Source: an uncultured Gemmatimonadales bacterium (GTDB lineage: Bacteria; Gemmatimonadota; Gemmatimonadetes; Longimicrobiales; RSA9). Taken from it: DNA of 64,000 nucleotides. A program made the position numbers and the translations under genes. The stretch covers positions 416,001 to 480,000 of the forward strand of contig CAWCUS010000004.1 of the NCBI GenBank assembly GCA_963798845.1. Reading direction: 5' to 3'. The notes under the pieces were generated by a model. The model was not told the DNA's origin. It saw only the letters and a list, made by a program, of their open reading frames with translations, and ran no database searches. Below are positions 21,125 through 33,000 of this stretch, in pieces. Each line of letters opens with the position of its first letter. Positions within the stretch are counted from its first letter, which is position 1.

Positions 21125-24100
21125 TCAGGCACCGCCCCGAGGCCGCACCCGCACCGGGTCGGCCGGCTCGGGCTTCAGCACGGTCGGGTTCTCCCGCAGC
21201 ATCTTCATGGCCTCGGCCACGGCGCGCTCGAGCTGCGGGTCGTGCCCGGCGATGACATCCGCGGGCGTCTGCTCCACCTCAATGTCCGGGGGCACGCCCT
21301 CGTTCTCCACTGCCCACTTGCCGTCAGGGTCGTAGAAGCCCGTGCTGGGGGCCGACATGTGGCCGCCGTCCACGAAATCGGGCTCGCCGCCGTGGCCCAC
21401 CAGCCCGCCCCACGTGCGCGTGCCGATCATGGGGCCGATCTCCATCTGGTGGAACATGTACGGGAACATGTCGCCGCCGGACCCGCTCATCTCGTTGATG
21501 ATGAGCACCTTGGGGCCCCAAATGGCTGCGGCGGGGGCGGTCACGGCGCTGTAGCGGTCGCCCAGCCGCTGGTTGAAGTAGCCGTGCAGCTTGCGGCCCA
21601 TGATGTCCACCATGTAGTCCGCGATGCTCCCGCCGTGGTTGAAGCGCTCGTCGATCACGGCGCCCTGCTTGTCCTGCTGGGCGAAGTAGTAGCGGTTGAA
21701 GCTGGTGTAGCCGCCCTGTCCCGTGTTGGGCACGTAGACGTAGGCCAGCTTTCCGCCGGACAGCTCGTCCACCTTGCGACGGTTGGCTTCGATCCAGTCG
21801 CGGGTCCGCAGCCCCCCCTCGTTCGGGATGGGGACGACGGTGACCCAGCGGGCCCCTTCCTCCGTCGGCCTCTCGTTCACCAGCAGCCTCACCTGGCGTC
21901 CCGCGGTGCCGACGAACGGCGCGTAGAAGTTGGTCGGGGGGGTGATGGCCTGGCCGTCCACGGCCAGGATGTAGTCGCCCTCCTTCACGTCCACGCCCGG
22001 CGCGGAGAGGGGTGCCTGGAGGTCCGGGTTCCAGTTCTCGCCGGTGTAGATCTTCGCGATGCGGTAGCGGCCGTGGTCCACGGCGATATCCGCGCCGAGG
22101 AGGCCGGCGGGGGACGCGTCGGCGTCGGGCATGTCGCCGCCGCCCACGAAGCTGTGGCCGATGGCCAGCTCGCCCTGGAGCTGGTCCAGAAGCTGGTTGA
22201 GGTCGGCCCGGTGACGCACGTACGGCAGCAGCGCAGCGTACTGCTTCTGGATGGCCGGCCAGTCCGCGCCGTGGAGGTTCTTGACGTACAGGTAGTCGCG
22301 CTCGATGCGGCCGGCCTCGCGGAAGATCTGCCGCCACTCCGCCTGCGGGTCCACGTCCGCCTTGAGCGCCTGCGTGGAGAGCGCGCCCTTCCCGCCAGAT
22401 GGCGGAGCGCCCGTGGCGTCCACCACGAACCAGCGGTGGGTCGGCCGCCCCCTGTCGTTCGCCGCCTCGTACAGCAGCTTCTTCCCGTCCGCGGATAGCG
22501 CGTACTCCGCCGCGACGGAGCTCACGAAGTCCTCGGCCTTCCGCTCCGCGAGGTCGTAGCGGTGGAGGATGATTCCCTGGTTCGGGACCCGCTCGAGGTA
22601 GTAGAGCTTGCCGGCCACCCCCGCCTGGAGCCGCCGATAATCCCGGTTCGGCACGTCCAGCGCCAGGATCCGCTGCGAGAGCCCGTCGAAGTCGATGCGG
22701 ACGGGCGATGGAGCATCCCGGCGGGCGCCGGCGGCGCCTGCTCCGGCGCGACCGCCGCCGCTGCGCGCTGCGCCGGTGCCGTCCCCGGCGCGGCCGCCGT
22801 TCGCCGGCGAGGCGGTGTCGCCGGGCTCGTCGCCCGGCTCGGGGAGGATCGGCGAGGGCTCGTCCTTCGGGAGGACTGCCAGGTAATGCCGCGGCGGACG
22901 GGGCGGTCGTAGGAGCTCATGTCGAGCCAGCCGGTGTTGAGCGCCCAGTCGGTGGAGGAGAGGAAGAGCAGGTACTTCCCGCTCCGGTCCCACGCGGGGT
23001 GTATGGCGTCGGCCATCCCGTCGGTCACCTGGTGGCTGGTGCCGTCGTCCAGCGAGTGGACGAAAATGGCGTGGTACTGCGATCCCGGGAGCCGCTTCTG
23101 GTACGCGATCCAGCGGGAGTCGGGGGACCACGTCGGCGCCAGGTCCCGGTCCGGCCACGTGTAGTTGTCCTGGTCCACGTCGGTCACCTCGCCCGAGGCC
23201 AGGTCGATGTAGCGCAGCGTCACCGCAGCGTCGCTGAACAGGATCCGCTTCCCGTCCGGTGACCACGCGGGGGAGTAGAAGTAGCTGGGGCGCGGGATGT
23301 CGTACGCCTTCGGCGCGGTGGTGCCGTCCTGGTCGCCCACCATGAGCCGGTACTCGCCGCCCTCGTCGCTGAACCAGGCCACGCGCTTCCCGTCCGGAGC
23401 CCACACGGGGGAGCGGTCGGCCACGTCCGAGGAGCGCGTCAGGTTCCGCCACGTCCCCTTGTCCGCGGGCACCGTGAAGATGTCGCCGCGCGCTTCGAAC
23501 ACGGCGCGCACGCCGGTGGGGGAGAGCTGCGGCCCGGTCAGGGCATCGCCCACGTCCTCGGCGTGGGGCATGGCCCACGGGAAATCTCCCGTCGCGCGGA
23601 TGTCGAGCTTGGCGTCCGTGCCGCTGGCCGGGTCGTAGAGATGGATGTCGCCAGCCTGCTCGTACACCACGGCGCCGGCCCCCGCGTTCACGCTCTCCAC
23701 CTCGAAGTCGGGATAGCGCGTGATCTGCTTCAGCTGTTTCGTGTCGGTGTCGTAGGCCCAGACGTTGTTCGTCCAGTCCCGGTCGGAGATGAAGTAAACG
23801 GTCCTGCCGAGCCACACCGGCTGCTGGTCCCGGCTGTCGGTCCACGGGACCTTCGTCAGGGAGTGGCTCTCCAGGTCCAGCACCCGGATCGGCTGGTTCT
23901 GCCCGCCCCTGTAGTTCCGGAACTCGTTCTCCCAGGGACGCACCATCTGGTACGCGACGAGCCTTCCGTCCGGCGACACGTCCCCGGCCTGCGCCCGCGG
24001 CACCACCAGCGCTTCGGGCATGCCCCCGTCCACCGCCACCGTCCAGAGCTTCGGCTCCCCGTCCGGGACGCCGGTGCGGGTGGATACGAACACCACCTTC

Positions 24101-24462
24101 TTCCCGTCGGGGGTCCACCCGCGCACCGCGTCCGGCCCGGGGTGCCACGTCAGGCGACGCGGCTCGCCTCCGTCCACGGGCTCCACGTAGACGTCGGGGT
24201 TCCCGCCGTACTGGCCGGTGAACGCCAGCCACTTGCCATCCGGCGAGAAGTGGGGGTCGCTCTCGACGGTGGGCGACGAGGTGACGCGGCGGGCATCGCC
24301 GCCGGCGCGCGGCGCGATCCAGATGTCGCCCGCGTACGCGAACGCCACGTGGCGGTCGCTGACGTCGGGCTGGTGGAGGAGGCGGGTGGACTGGCCCGCG
24401 GCAAGCGCGGGAACGAAAGCAACGGCAGTCGCCAGGACGGCCGGAAGCGAGCGCCACGACAT
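21125..24462 (-). CDS. Tricorn-like S41 protease (signal peptide, propellers, PDZ); 1-nt deletion frameshift at about 22886
   Basis: N-part in track ORF 22522..24561 (RLLHQPD..FAYAGDIW); C-part in ORF 21125..24457 (DERFNHGG, GSGGD, GTRTWGGLVG, ENEGVPPD). At the junction GGC AT TAC should read GGC ATC TAC (G-I-Y). Confidence 0.88.
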
Positions 24463-24614
24463 GGGCAGTTCCTCGGGGTGCAGGTTACCGGGGGTGGATT
24501 CCGAAGGATAAGCCCCGGAACGTGGACGCGGCAAACCGGAACCGCCACGGGAACCGCTCACCGGGCGAGCGGGAACCGGACGGGGGCGGCTCGGAACGTG
24601 CGCCGGGGGTGGGC

Positions 24615-25325
24615 ATGGGATCCATTGCTTCGGGGGTGTCGGCGGCGTTCGGCTGGGTCGGCTCGGCCATCGCGACGCTGATCGCGGCCATCGGCTATGG
24701 CGGCGTGGTCCTGCTGATGGCAGTCGAGAGCGCGGGCGTGCCGATCCCCTCGGAGGTGATCATGCCGTTCGCGGGGTCGCTGGCGGCCCTGGGGCGGCTG
24801 GACGTGTGGCTGGCTTCGCTGGCGGGTGCCGCGGGCTGCGTGGTGGGGTCGGTGGGCGCCTACTTCATCGGCGCCTACGGCGGCCGCGCGTTCCTCGAGC
24901 GTCACGGCCAATGGCTGCTGATCACTCGCCGTGACCTGGACGTGGCGGATCGCTGGTTCTCCCGACACGGCGCCGCGTCGGTCTTCTGGGGCCGGCTCAT
25001 GCCGATCGTGCGCACGTACATCTCGTTCCCCGCAGGGATCTCGCGGATGCCGTTCGGCCGGTTCGTCCTCTACACGTTCCTCGGCTCGCTCCCGTGGACC
25101 GGAGGGCTCGCTTACGCCGGGTACGTCCTGGGCGAGAACTGGGATGCGGTGAAGCCGTACTTCCACGCAGCGGAGGTGGTGGTGACCGTGCTGCTCCTGG
25201 CCGCCGCCGCGTGGTGGGTGTGGCGTCACCTGAGGCTACGGAAGGCGGAGCGGGGAGAGCGCGTGCAGGGGCCCCCCGAGAGCGGAGCTACGGGGGCGCC
25301 CGTGTCCGGGGAAGGCGACGCGTGA
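24615..25325 (+). CDS. DedA-family membrane protein
   Basis: ESAGVPIPSEVIMPFAG, GRLMPIVRTYISFPAG. Confidence 0.92.
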   Translation: MGSIASGVSAAFGWVGSAIATLIAAIGYGGVVLLMAVESAGVPIPSEVIMPFAGSLAALGRLDVWLASLAGAAGCVVGSVGAYFIGAYGGRAFLERHGQWLLITRRDLDVADRWFSRHGAASVFWGRLMPIVRTYISFPAGISRMPFGRFVLYTFLGSLPWTGGLAYAGYVLGENWDAVKPYFHAAEVVVTVLLLAAAAWWVWRHLRLRKAERGERVQGPPESGATGAPVSGEGDA

Positions 25326-25442
25326 GCGCAGGCCGCGGGTCGCAACGTGGCTCGACGGGCTGGTCAAAGGATCGCGTTTGCCGACGGTCCCCGGCCGCCG
25401 CATGTTGGGGCGCGCACTGAGTGATCCTCGGAATGACACGTG

Positions 25443-26780
25443 ATGCAACGCGAACGATCGCGCCGCCGCGGCGCATTGACATACATCATCTTCCTGCTCC
25501 TGTCCTGCGCGTTGGCCGCATGGCCGGCGGTGGGCGAGGCGCAGGCAGGCTTGCCGGCGGGGCTGCGCGTGTATCTGGATTGCCAGAACCGGGTGCCCGG
25601 CTGCGATTTCGACTACCTGCGCACCCAGATGGACTGGGTCGAGTGGGTGAGGAATCGGCAGGACGCCCTCGTCCATGCGCTGATCACCACTGACCCGACG
25701 GGCGGCGGCGGACGCGCCTACTCGATGAGCCTGATCGGCCGTGGCGAGTTCGAGGGGCGCTCCGACACGCTCCGGTTCGCCTCGCCGCCGGCGACCACGG
25801 ACGACGAGGACCGCCAGCTGCTCGCCCGCTGGCTGCGCATCGGCCTGGTCCCTTTCGCCGCGAGGACCGGGCTCGCGCCCGGGCTGGACGTCTCCTACCG
25901 CGGGGATGGCGCCGCCGTGGCCCGGGTCGAGGCGCACGACCCGTGGAACGACTGGGTGTTCCGGCTGCGCGCGGGGACCAGCCTGGACGGCGAGTCGCTC
26001 CAGCGGAGCAGCGAGGTGGAGGGGAGCATCGACATCAACAGGGTCACGCGCGAATGGAAGGTGGAGCTCGGACTCGAGGGGAGCTACGACGACAGCCGCT
26101 ACACGCTGGATGACGGGTCCACCACCCGTGCCCTGCAGCGCGCCTACCGCCTGGACGGCATGAGCGTGCGCGCCCTGGGGGCGCAGTGGTCGGCGGGGCT
26201 CGTCGGCTCGGTGAGCTCGTCCACCTACTCCAACCTGCGGCTCGCGGCGCGGGTGGCGCCCGGGATCGAATACGACCTGTTCCCGTACGACGAGTCCACC
26301 AGCCGGCAGCTGACTTTCCTCTACACCCTCGGACCGGCCTTCCGCGAGTATGACGCGGTCACGCTCTACGGCAAGACCGGGGACCGGATCCTCGACCACA
26401 CGCTGAACGTGGCCCTGGCGCTCAGCCAGCCGTGGGGCAGCATCTACTCCTCGATCGAAGGGCGCCAGATCCTGCACTGGAGTCCGGACGCCCCGACCGC
26501 CGAGGCGGCCGCGCAGGCGAGCACCGCGAAGTACCGGGTGACGTGGCGAGGCGACGTGGAGGTCAATCTCCTGCGCGGCCTCGCCCTCGACCTGCGCGGC
26601 CGCTACAGCCGCGTCCACGACCAGATCACGCTTCCCGCGGAAGGCGCGACGAACGAGGAGATCCTGCTCCAGCTGAGCGAGCTCCAGACGGACTACACGT
26701 ACCACCTGTCCGTCGGGCTGAGCTACACGTTCGGGTCGATCCACAACGCAGTCGTGAACCCGCGCTTCGACGCCTACTGA
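25443..26780 (+). CDS. Putative outer-membrane beta-barrel protein, unknown function
   Basis: Signal peptide, N-terminal Cys-pair domain (DCQNRVPGCD), amphipathic beta strands, C-terminal VGLSYTFG. Confidence 0.65.
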   Translation: MQRERSRRRGALTYIIFLLLSCALAAWPAVGEAQAGLPAGLRVYLDCQNRVPGCDFDYLRTQMDWVEWVRNRQDALVHALITTDPTGGGGRAYSMSLIGRGEFEGRSDTLRFASPPATTDDEDRQLLARWLRIGLVPFAARTGLAPGLDVSYRGDGAAVARVEAHDPWNDWVFRLRAGTSLDGESLQRSSEVEGSIDINRVTREWKVELGLEGSYDDSRYTLDDGSTTRALQRAYRLDGMSVRALGAQWSAGLVGSVSSSTYSNLRLAARVAPGIEYDLFPYDESTSRQLTFLYTLGPAFREYDAVTLYGKTGDRILDHTLNVALALSQPWGSIYSSIEGRQILHWSPDAPTAEAAAQASTAKYRVTWRGDVEVNLLRGLALDLRGRYSRVHDQITLPAEGATNEEILLQLSELQTDYTYHLSVGLSYTFGSIHNAVVNPRFDAY

Positions 26781-26796
26781 ACGGCAGCCTTCACCC

Positions 26797-28116
26797 GTGC
26801 CCCAGCCCCAATCGACAGGCGGCCCCGCCCTCCTGCGGGCGCTCCGGCACCGCAACTATCGGCTGTTCTTCGCCGGCCAGGGCGTTTCGCTCATCGGGAC
26901 ATGGGTCACGCGCGTGGCCACGAGCTGGCTGGTCTGGCGACTCACAAACTCCGCCGGCATGCTGGGGATCGTCGGCTTCACGGGACAGATCCCCACCTTC
27001 CTCCTCGGGTCGTTCGCCGGCGTGTGGGTCGACCGACTCGACCGCTACCGCGTGCTGGTCACCACCCAGGTGCTCGCCATGGTCCAGTCCTTCGTCCTGG
27101 CCACACTGGCGCTCACCGGGGTCATCCAGATCTGGCACATCCTGGCGCTCCAGGCCTTCCAGGGCGTCATCAACTCCTTCGACACCCCCGCCCGCCAGTC
27201 CTTCCTCATCGACATGATCGAGGACAAGAGCGACCTCCCCAACGCCATCGCGCTCAACTCCTCCATCGTGAACGGCGCGCGGCTCATCGGGCCGTCCATC
27301 GCGGGGCTCGTGATCGCTTGGATCGGCGAGGGCTGGTGCTTCCTCGGCGACGGCGTCAGCTATGTCGCCGTGATCGCTTCGCTCCTCCTCATGCACGTGT
27401 CCCGGCGTCAGCGGCCGTCCACTCGGAAGAACGTGCTCCAGGACCTGCGCGACGGGTACCGCTACACGTTCGGCTTCGCGCCGATCCGCGCCGTGCTGCT
27501 CCTGCTGGCGCTCGTCAGCCTCGTGGGAATGCCGTACACCGTGCTGCTCCCCGTCATCGCCGCGCGCACCCTCCACGGCGGCGCCCACACCCTCGGCTTT
27601 CTCATGGGCGCCACCGGCGTCGGTGCCCTCGGCGGAGCCCTCTATCTCGCCTCCCGCCGCACGGTGGTTGGCCTCGGCCGCCTGATCCCGATCGCCGCGT
27701 CCCTTTTCGGCGCAGGGCTGATCGCCTTCGGGCTCTCCCGCGCCCTCTGGCTCTCCCTCCCACTCATGCTCGTCACCGGCGTCGGCTTCATGCTCCAAAT
27801 GGCGTCCAGCAACACGGTCATCCAGACGCTCGTCCGTGAGGACATGCGCGGCCGGGTCATGGCCTTTTACGCCATGGCCTTCATGGGGATGGCCCCCTTC
27901 GGCAGCCTGATGGCCGGTGCCGTCGCCAGCCGGATCGGCGCACCCGAGACCGTGACGATCGGCGGTATCATCTGCATCGTCGGCGCGCTCGGATTCTGGC
28001 GCCAGCTGCCTCGCCTGCGCGCCATCGTCCGACCCATCTACGTCGAGAAGGGCATCCTCCCCGAGGTGGCCACCGGGCTGGGCACCGCGACCGGGCTCCG
28101 CGAAGGGGTCAGCTGA
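26797..28116 (+). CDS. MFS transporter (MFS_3-like)
   Basis: ALRHRNYRLFFAGQGVSLIGTW, DTPARQSF, NAIALNS, MRGRVM; about 12 TMs. Confidence 0.92.
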   Translation: MPQPQSTGGPALLRALRHRNYRLFFAGQGVSLIGTWVTRVATSWLVWRLTNSAGMLGIVGFTGQIPTFLLGSFAGVWVDRLDRYRVLVTTQVLAMVQSFVLATLALTGVIQIWHILALQAFQGVINSFDTPARQSFLIDMIEDKSDLPNAIALNSSIVNGARLIGPSIAGLVIAWIGEGWCFLGDGVSYVAVIASLLLMHVSRRQRPSTRKNVLQDLRDGYRYTFGFAPIRAVLLLLALVSLVGMPYTVLLPVIAARTLHGGAHTLGFLMGATGVGALGGALYLASRRTVVGLGRLIPIAASLFGAGLIAFGLSRALWLSLPLMLVTGVGFMLQMASSNTVIQTLVREDMRGRVMAFYAMAFMGMAPFGSLMAGAVASRIGAPETVTIGGIICIVGALGFWRQLPRLRAIVRPIYVEKGILPEVATGLGTATGLREGVS

Positions 28117-28382
28117 CGGGCCTGGCGGCGCCGAGCCCGAGGGTCGGGCCGCCGCCCCCCGCGGCCGCACCGCGTTCGGCCGGCATGCGGGGAATGCCCC
28201 ACGAGGGGTGTGCGGAACATCCCCTCCGGAAATTCCGGGATCGCCTTCTTTCATCCGGTGAGCGCGCGCCGGTTATTGATTACATCCCGTGCGTCAGTGC
28301 GACGCCCTCCGTGCGACAGGGCCCGGGCCCTGCCGTTCGCGGGGCTCGCCGGCCGTTCGATCCTCGGATCCCCGAATGCCCC

Positions 28383-30071
28383 ATGAGCACCGTCGCAACG
28401 CCGAATGCGGGTCTGGACCGGGAAACGCTGGACCTGATCCTGTCTGCGATCCGGGACTTCTCGGCAGAGCACCTGCCGAAGGCGAGGCTGCTGGAGCTGG
28501 ACGCCAGCCACGAGTTCCCCGAGGAGACGATCCGGGCCATGTGCGGGGAGCTGGGCGTGCAGCTGCTCTTCATCCCGGAGGCGTATGGCGGGATGGCCGG
28601 CGGCGCGTTCGACGTGTACCGCGTGTGCGAGGTCCTATCGGGGATCGACCTCGCGGTGGCGACGGGGGTGCTGGCGACCTTCCTGGGCAGTGACCCGATC
28701 CTGTGGGGTGGCACGGAGGAGCAGAAGGCGCGCTGGCTGGGTCGCATTGCGGAGGAGGGGCTGCTGATGGCGTACGGCGCCACGGAGCCGGAGGCGGGCA
28801 GCGACCTGGCGGCGCTGCGGACTGTGGCGAAGCGGGTGGAAGAGGGCGGCGTCGTGGTCGGCTACCGGATCGACGGCGCGAAGATGTGGATCAGCAACGG
28901 TGGCTTCGCGGACCTGTACAGCATCCTGGCGCTCGCCCCCGGCGGCCCCACCTGGTTCGTGCTGGAGCGGGGAGTGGAGGGGCTCGGCTACGGGAAGCCG
29001 GAGGACAAGCACGGGATCCGGGCCAGCAACACGGCGGCGCTCTCGTTCGACGACGTGTACGTCCCGGTGTCGGACCTGGTGGGCGGAGTGGAGGGGCAGG
29101 GGCTGGTGCAGGCGCAGCTCGTGTTCGGGTATACGCGGCTCATGGTGGCGGCGTTCGGCCTGGGCGGCGGATGGGCGGCGCTGGACCGGGCGATCGAGTA
29201 CTCGAAGACGCGCATCCAGGCGGGCGGTCCGCTGTCGGAGAAACAGGGATACACGCACAAGCTGATCGTCCCGCACGCGTGCCGGCTGGAGGCGGGCCGC
29301 GCGTGCATCGAGGAAACGGCGATGCGGATCGACGGGGGAGAGGGCGCGCTGAACACGGAGGGCGCCATCGCCAAGTACATCGCCACGGAGGCGGGCAACG
29401 CGGCGGCGGACGCCGCGATTCAGGCGCTGGGTGGCTACGGTTACGTGCGCGAGTACGAGGTGGAGAAGATCCGCCGCGATGTTCGCATCACCACGATCTA
29501 CGAGGGCACGTCGGAGATCATGGAGATGACCATCGCCAGGGACCGCTGGCAGCAACACCTGAAGACGCGGGGCCAGCACTACCACGAGGAGGCGATGAAG
29601 CTGGAGGCGCTGGCAGCCACCACTCCGACGGTCGGCGCCGGGACGGTCGCCCTGGGGGCCCACGCACTCGCCGAGCTGCTGGAGTGCGCGCGGATCCAGC
29701 GCCTGACCCGCAGCCAGCACCTGCTGTTCCGCTTCGGGGACCTCATCGCGCGGCTGGAAGCGGCGGCCGCGCTGGCTCGCCGGGCGGCGCGGGCTGCGGC
29801 GGGCGGAATGGCGGACAAGGCCGTTCGTCGCCTGGGGCCTGGCGCTCTGGCGGCCGCGAGCCGGATCTATGCCCGGGAAGCGGCGCTCGCGGTGTCGTCG
29901 GAAGGGATGCGCTGGGCCGTGGGCGGAGACGGGGTGCCGCCGGCCGAGCTCGCCGGATTCCAGCAGTCGCTCCGTGTCGGGCTCATCCACGCGGCGCAGG
30001 CGGGGCTGGTGGCGGACATGGATGTCGTGGCGGATGCACTGTACGGTCGCAACACGAACGGAGTCGCATGA
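28383..30071 (+). CDS. Acyl-CoA dehydrogenase family protein with C-terminal extension
   Basis: YGATEPEAGSD, GAKMWISNG, KHGIRASNT, GGYGY..TIYEGTSEI; stop overlaps the PKS start (ATGATG). Confidence 0.92.
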   Translation: MSTVATPNAGLDRETLDLILSAIRDFSAEHLPKARLLELDASHEFPEETIRAMCGELGVQLLFIPEAYGGMAGGAFDVYRVCEVLSGIDLAVATGVLATFLGSDPILWGGTEEQKARWLGRIAEEGLLMAYGATEPEAGSDLAALRTVAKRVEEGGVVVGYRIDGAKMWISNGGFADLYSILALAPGGPTWFVLERGVEGLGYGKPEDKHGIRASNTAALSFDDVYVPVSDLVGGVEGQGLVQAQLVFGYTRLMVAAFGLGGGWAALDRAIEYSKTRIQAGGPLSEKQGYTHKLIVPHACRLEAGRACIEETAMRIDGGEGALNTEGAIAKYIATEAGNAAADAAIQALGGYGYVREYEVEKIRRDVRITTIYEGTSEIMEMTIARDRWQQHLKTRGQHYHEEAMKLEALAATTPTVGAGTVALGAHALAELLECARIQRLTRSQHLLFRFGDLIARLEAAAALARRAARAAAGGMADKAVRRLGPGALAAASRIYAREAALAVSSEGMRWAVGGDGVPPAELAGFQQSLRVGLIHAAQAGLVADMDVVADALYGRNTNGVA

Positions 30072-33000
30072 TGGACAGCAGCGCGCGCAGCAGGTCGGTG
30101 GCCATCGTCGGGGTGGGCGCGGTCCTTCCGGATGCGGCGGATGCGGCGGTCTTCTGGAGGAACCTGCTGGACGGTCGCTCCAGCATCCGGGAGGTCCCCC
30201 GCGATCGGTGGAACCCGGACCTCTACTACGACGCGGATCCGCGCGCGCCCGACCGCACGTATTCGAAGATCGGCGGCTGGGTCACCGACTACGAGTGGGA
30301 CCCGCTCGGCTGGCGCATGCCGATCCCGCCAAAGGTCGCGGCCGCGATGGACCCCACGCAGAAGTACGCCATCGCCGCGGCACGCCAGGCACTGCTGGAT
30401 TACGGCTATCCCGAGCGTCCGCTGGATGGGGAGCGCACGGCGGTGATCCTCGGCAACGCAATGGGCGGCGACCATCACCTCCTGACCAGCGCGCGCATCC
30501 TCTTCCCCGAAATGGCGGAGGAGCTGCTCGCTGCGCCCGCGTACCGCGCCCTCCCCGCGGACGTTCGCACTGCGCTCCTGGAGGAGCTGCGCGCCGGCGT
30601 CGGCCGCCGCATCCCGGACATCACCGAGGACACGATGCCCGGCGAGCTGTCCAACATCACGGCGGGGCGCATCGCCGCGCTCTACGACTTCCGGGGCCCC
30701 AACTTCGTGACGGACGCCGCGTGCGCCTCCGCCATGGCCGCGCTCTACGCCGCCATCGACGGCCTGGAGAACGGGGACTACGACGCCGTCCTGTCCGGCG
30801 GCGCGGACGCGAACATGAGCCCGTCCGCGTTCGTGAAGTTCTGCAAGATCGGCGCGCTCAGCGCCACCGGCTCGCGCCCGTACGCCGAGGGCGCGGACGG
30901 CTTCGTCATGGGTGAGGGCTCGGTGGTGTTCGTGCTGAAGCGGCTCGCGGATGCCGAGCGCGACGGCGATCGCGTGTACGCGGTCATCCGCGGCGTGGGC
31001 GGCTCCAGCGACGGCCGCGGCAAGGGGATCACCGCGCCCAACCCTGTCGGTCAGCAGCTGGCCGTGCAGCGCGCCTGGGCGAACGCCGGCCTCGCGCCCC
31101 GCGCGGGCGACCTGATCGAGGGGCACGGCACGTCCACACGCGTGGGCGATGTCGTGGAGGTCACGAGCATGAACGAGGTGTTCGCCGGCGCCGCGCTCGC
31201 TCCGGGCTCCCTCATGCTCGGCTCGGTCAAGTCGAACATCGGGCACCTGAAGGGTGCAGCCGGCGCAGTGGGCATGCTGAAGGCCGCGCTCTCGCTCCAC
31301 CACGGCGTCGTGCCGGCCAGCATCAACTTCGCCCGGCCGAACCCCGGGATCGACTTCGCCCGGGCCACCATGGCGGTATCGGCTGAGACCACCGATTGGC
31401 CGCGTCGCACGGACGGAACGGCCCGCCGCGCCGGCTTGAGCGCGTTCGGCTTCGGCGGCACGAACTTCCACGTGGTCATGGAGGAGTACGTGCCGGGCGC
31501 GGTGCCACGGACGCAGGTGCGGGGCGCTGGCGCGGGCGACACGGCCTCGGTCGGGACGGCCACCGCCGGCGGCGCGACCTCTCCCGCCGCAGGTCTCCAG
31601 CCCTCCGCCCGCCCCGAGGCCGCCTCGCCCGGGGCGCCGGCCCCGCCGCTCAAGGCCCCGCTCCGGGGGGCGCTCGTGATCGGCGGGAGGACCGAGGCTG
31701 AGATCGCGGGTCGCCTGAAGGGGGTGAAGGCGGAAGCCGAGCGCGGCATCGCCCCGCCGCCTGCGCCGCCCGCCCGGGCCGACCTCGACGCTCCCATCCG
31801 GCTCGCCGTGGACTACGGCGACGCCGCCGAGCTGGCGGATCTCGCGGGGCGGACGCTGGCGGCGCTGGAAGCGGGCGACGCCGGCCGCTGGCGCGCGCTG
31901 CGGAACAAGGGCGTCTTCCTGGGGCGGGGCACCCCGGGGAAGGTGGCGTTCCTGTTCACGGGGCAGGGCTCGCAGTACGTGAACATGCTGCGCGAGCTGC
32001 GCGACGTGGAGGCGATCGTCGCGGAGACCTTTGCCGAGGCCGACGAGGTCATGGGGCCTCTGATCGGCGGCACCCTCACCTCCCGCATCTTCATCGACGA
32101 CGCCGATGAGGCGGCCCTGGCGGCAGCGGAAGACGCGCTGAAGCAGACGGCGGTCACGCAGCCGGCGGTGCTGGCGGTGGACACGTCGCTCGCCCGGCTC
32201 ATGGAGGCGTACGGCATCGCGCCCGACCTGCTCATGGGGCACAGCCTGGGCGAGTACGGCGCGCTCGTGGCGGCGGGCGCCATGTCGTTCGGCGACGCGC
32301 TGAAGGCGGTCTCGGCCCGCGGCGACGCCATGACGCACCTGGCGATGGAGGACAACGGCCTCATGGCGGCCGTGTTCGGCGATGTCGAGCGGGTACGCGA
32401 AGTGATCGAGGGCGTGGACGGCTACGTCGTCATCGCAAACCTGAACAGCACGAAGGAGTGCGTGATCGGCGGCGCCACCGCCGCGGTGGAAGCGGCCATG
32501 GAAGCCCTGCGCGAGGCGGGAATGCGCGCGCAGCCGCTCCCGGTGAGCCACGCGTTCCACACGGAGATCGTGGCCCACGCCTCGGAGCCGCTGATCGAGG
32601 TGCTGAAATCGCTGTCGCTGCGCGCGCCATCGCGTCCCGTGGTGGCCAACGTCGACGGCGAGCTCTACCCGTCGGGCGACGATGCCGTCGTCCGGATGCA
32701 CGACATCCTCGGTCGGCAGGTGGGCTCTCCGGTGCAGTTCGTGAAGGGGCTCGGCACCCTCTACGACGCCGGCGCCCGCGTGTTCGTGGAGATGGGCCCC
32801 AAGCGCGTCCTCTACGGCTTCGCGGATGACGTCCTCGCCGACCGGGATGACGTGGTCGCGCTTTTCACCAATCAGCCGCGCAACGGCGACATCGTGTCGT
32901 TCAACCGCGCCCTCTGCGGCCTCTACGCCGCAGGGCTCGGCGCGGGCACCGAGGCGCTGCAGGCGACACTGCCTCCCACCCCGCCCGCTGCCGTGGAAGC

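Noticed and set aside
28703..30067. N-terminal 455 aa of the 3146-aa track ORF
   Set aside because: It is an off-frame overlap with the acyl-CoA dehydrogenase; the real start is the coupled ATG at 30068/30071.
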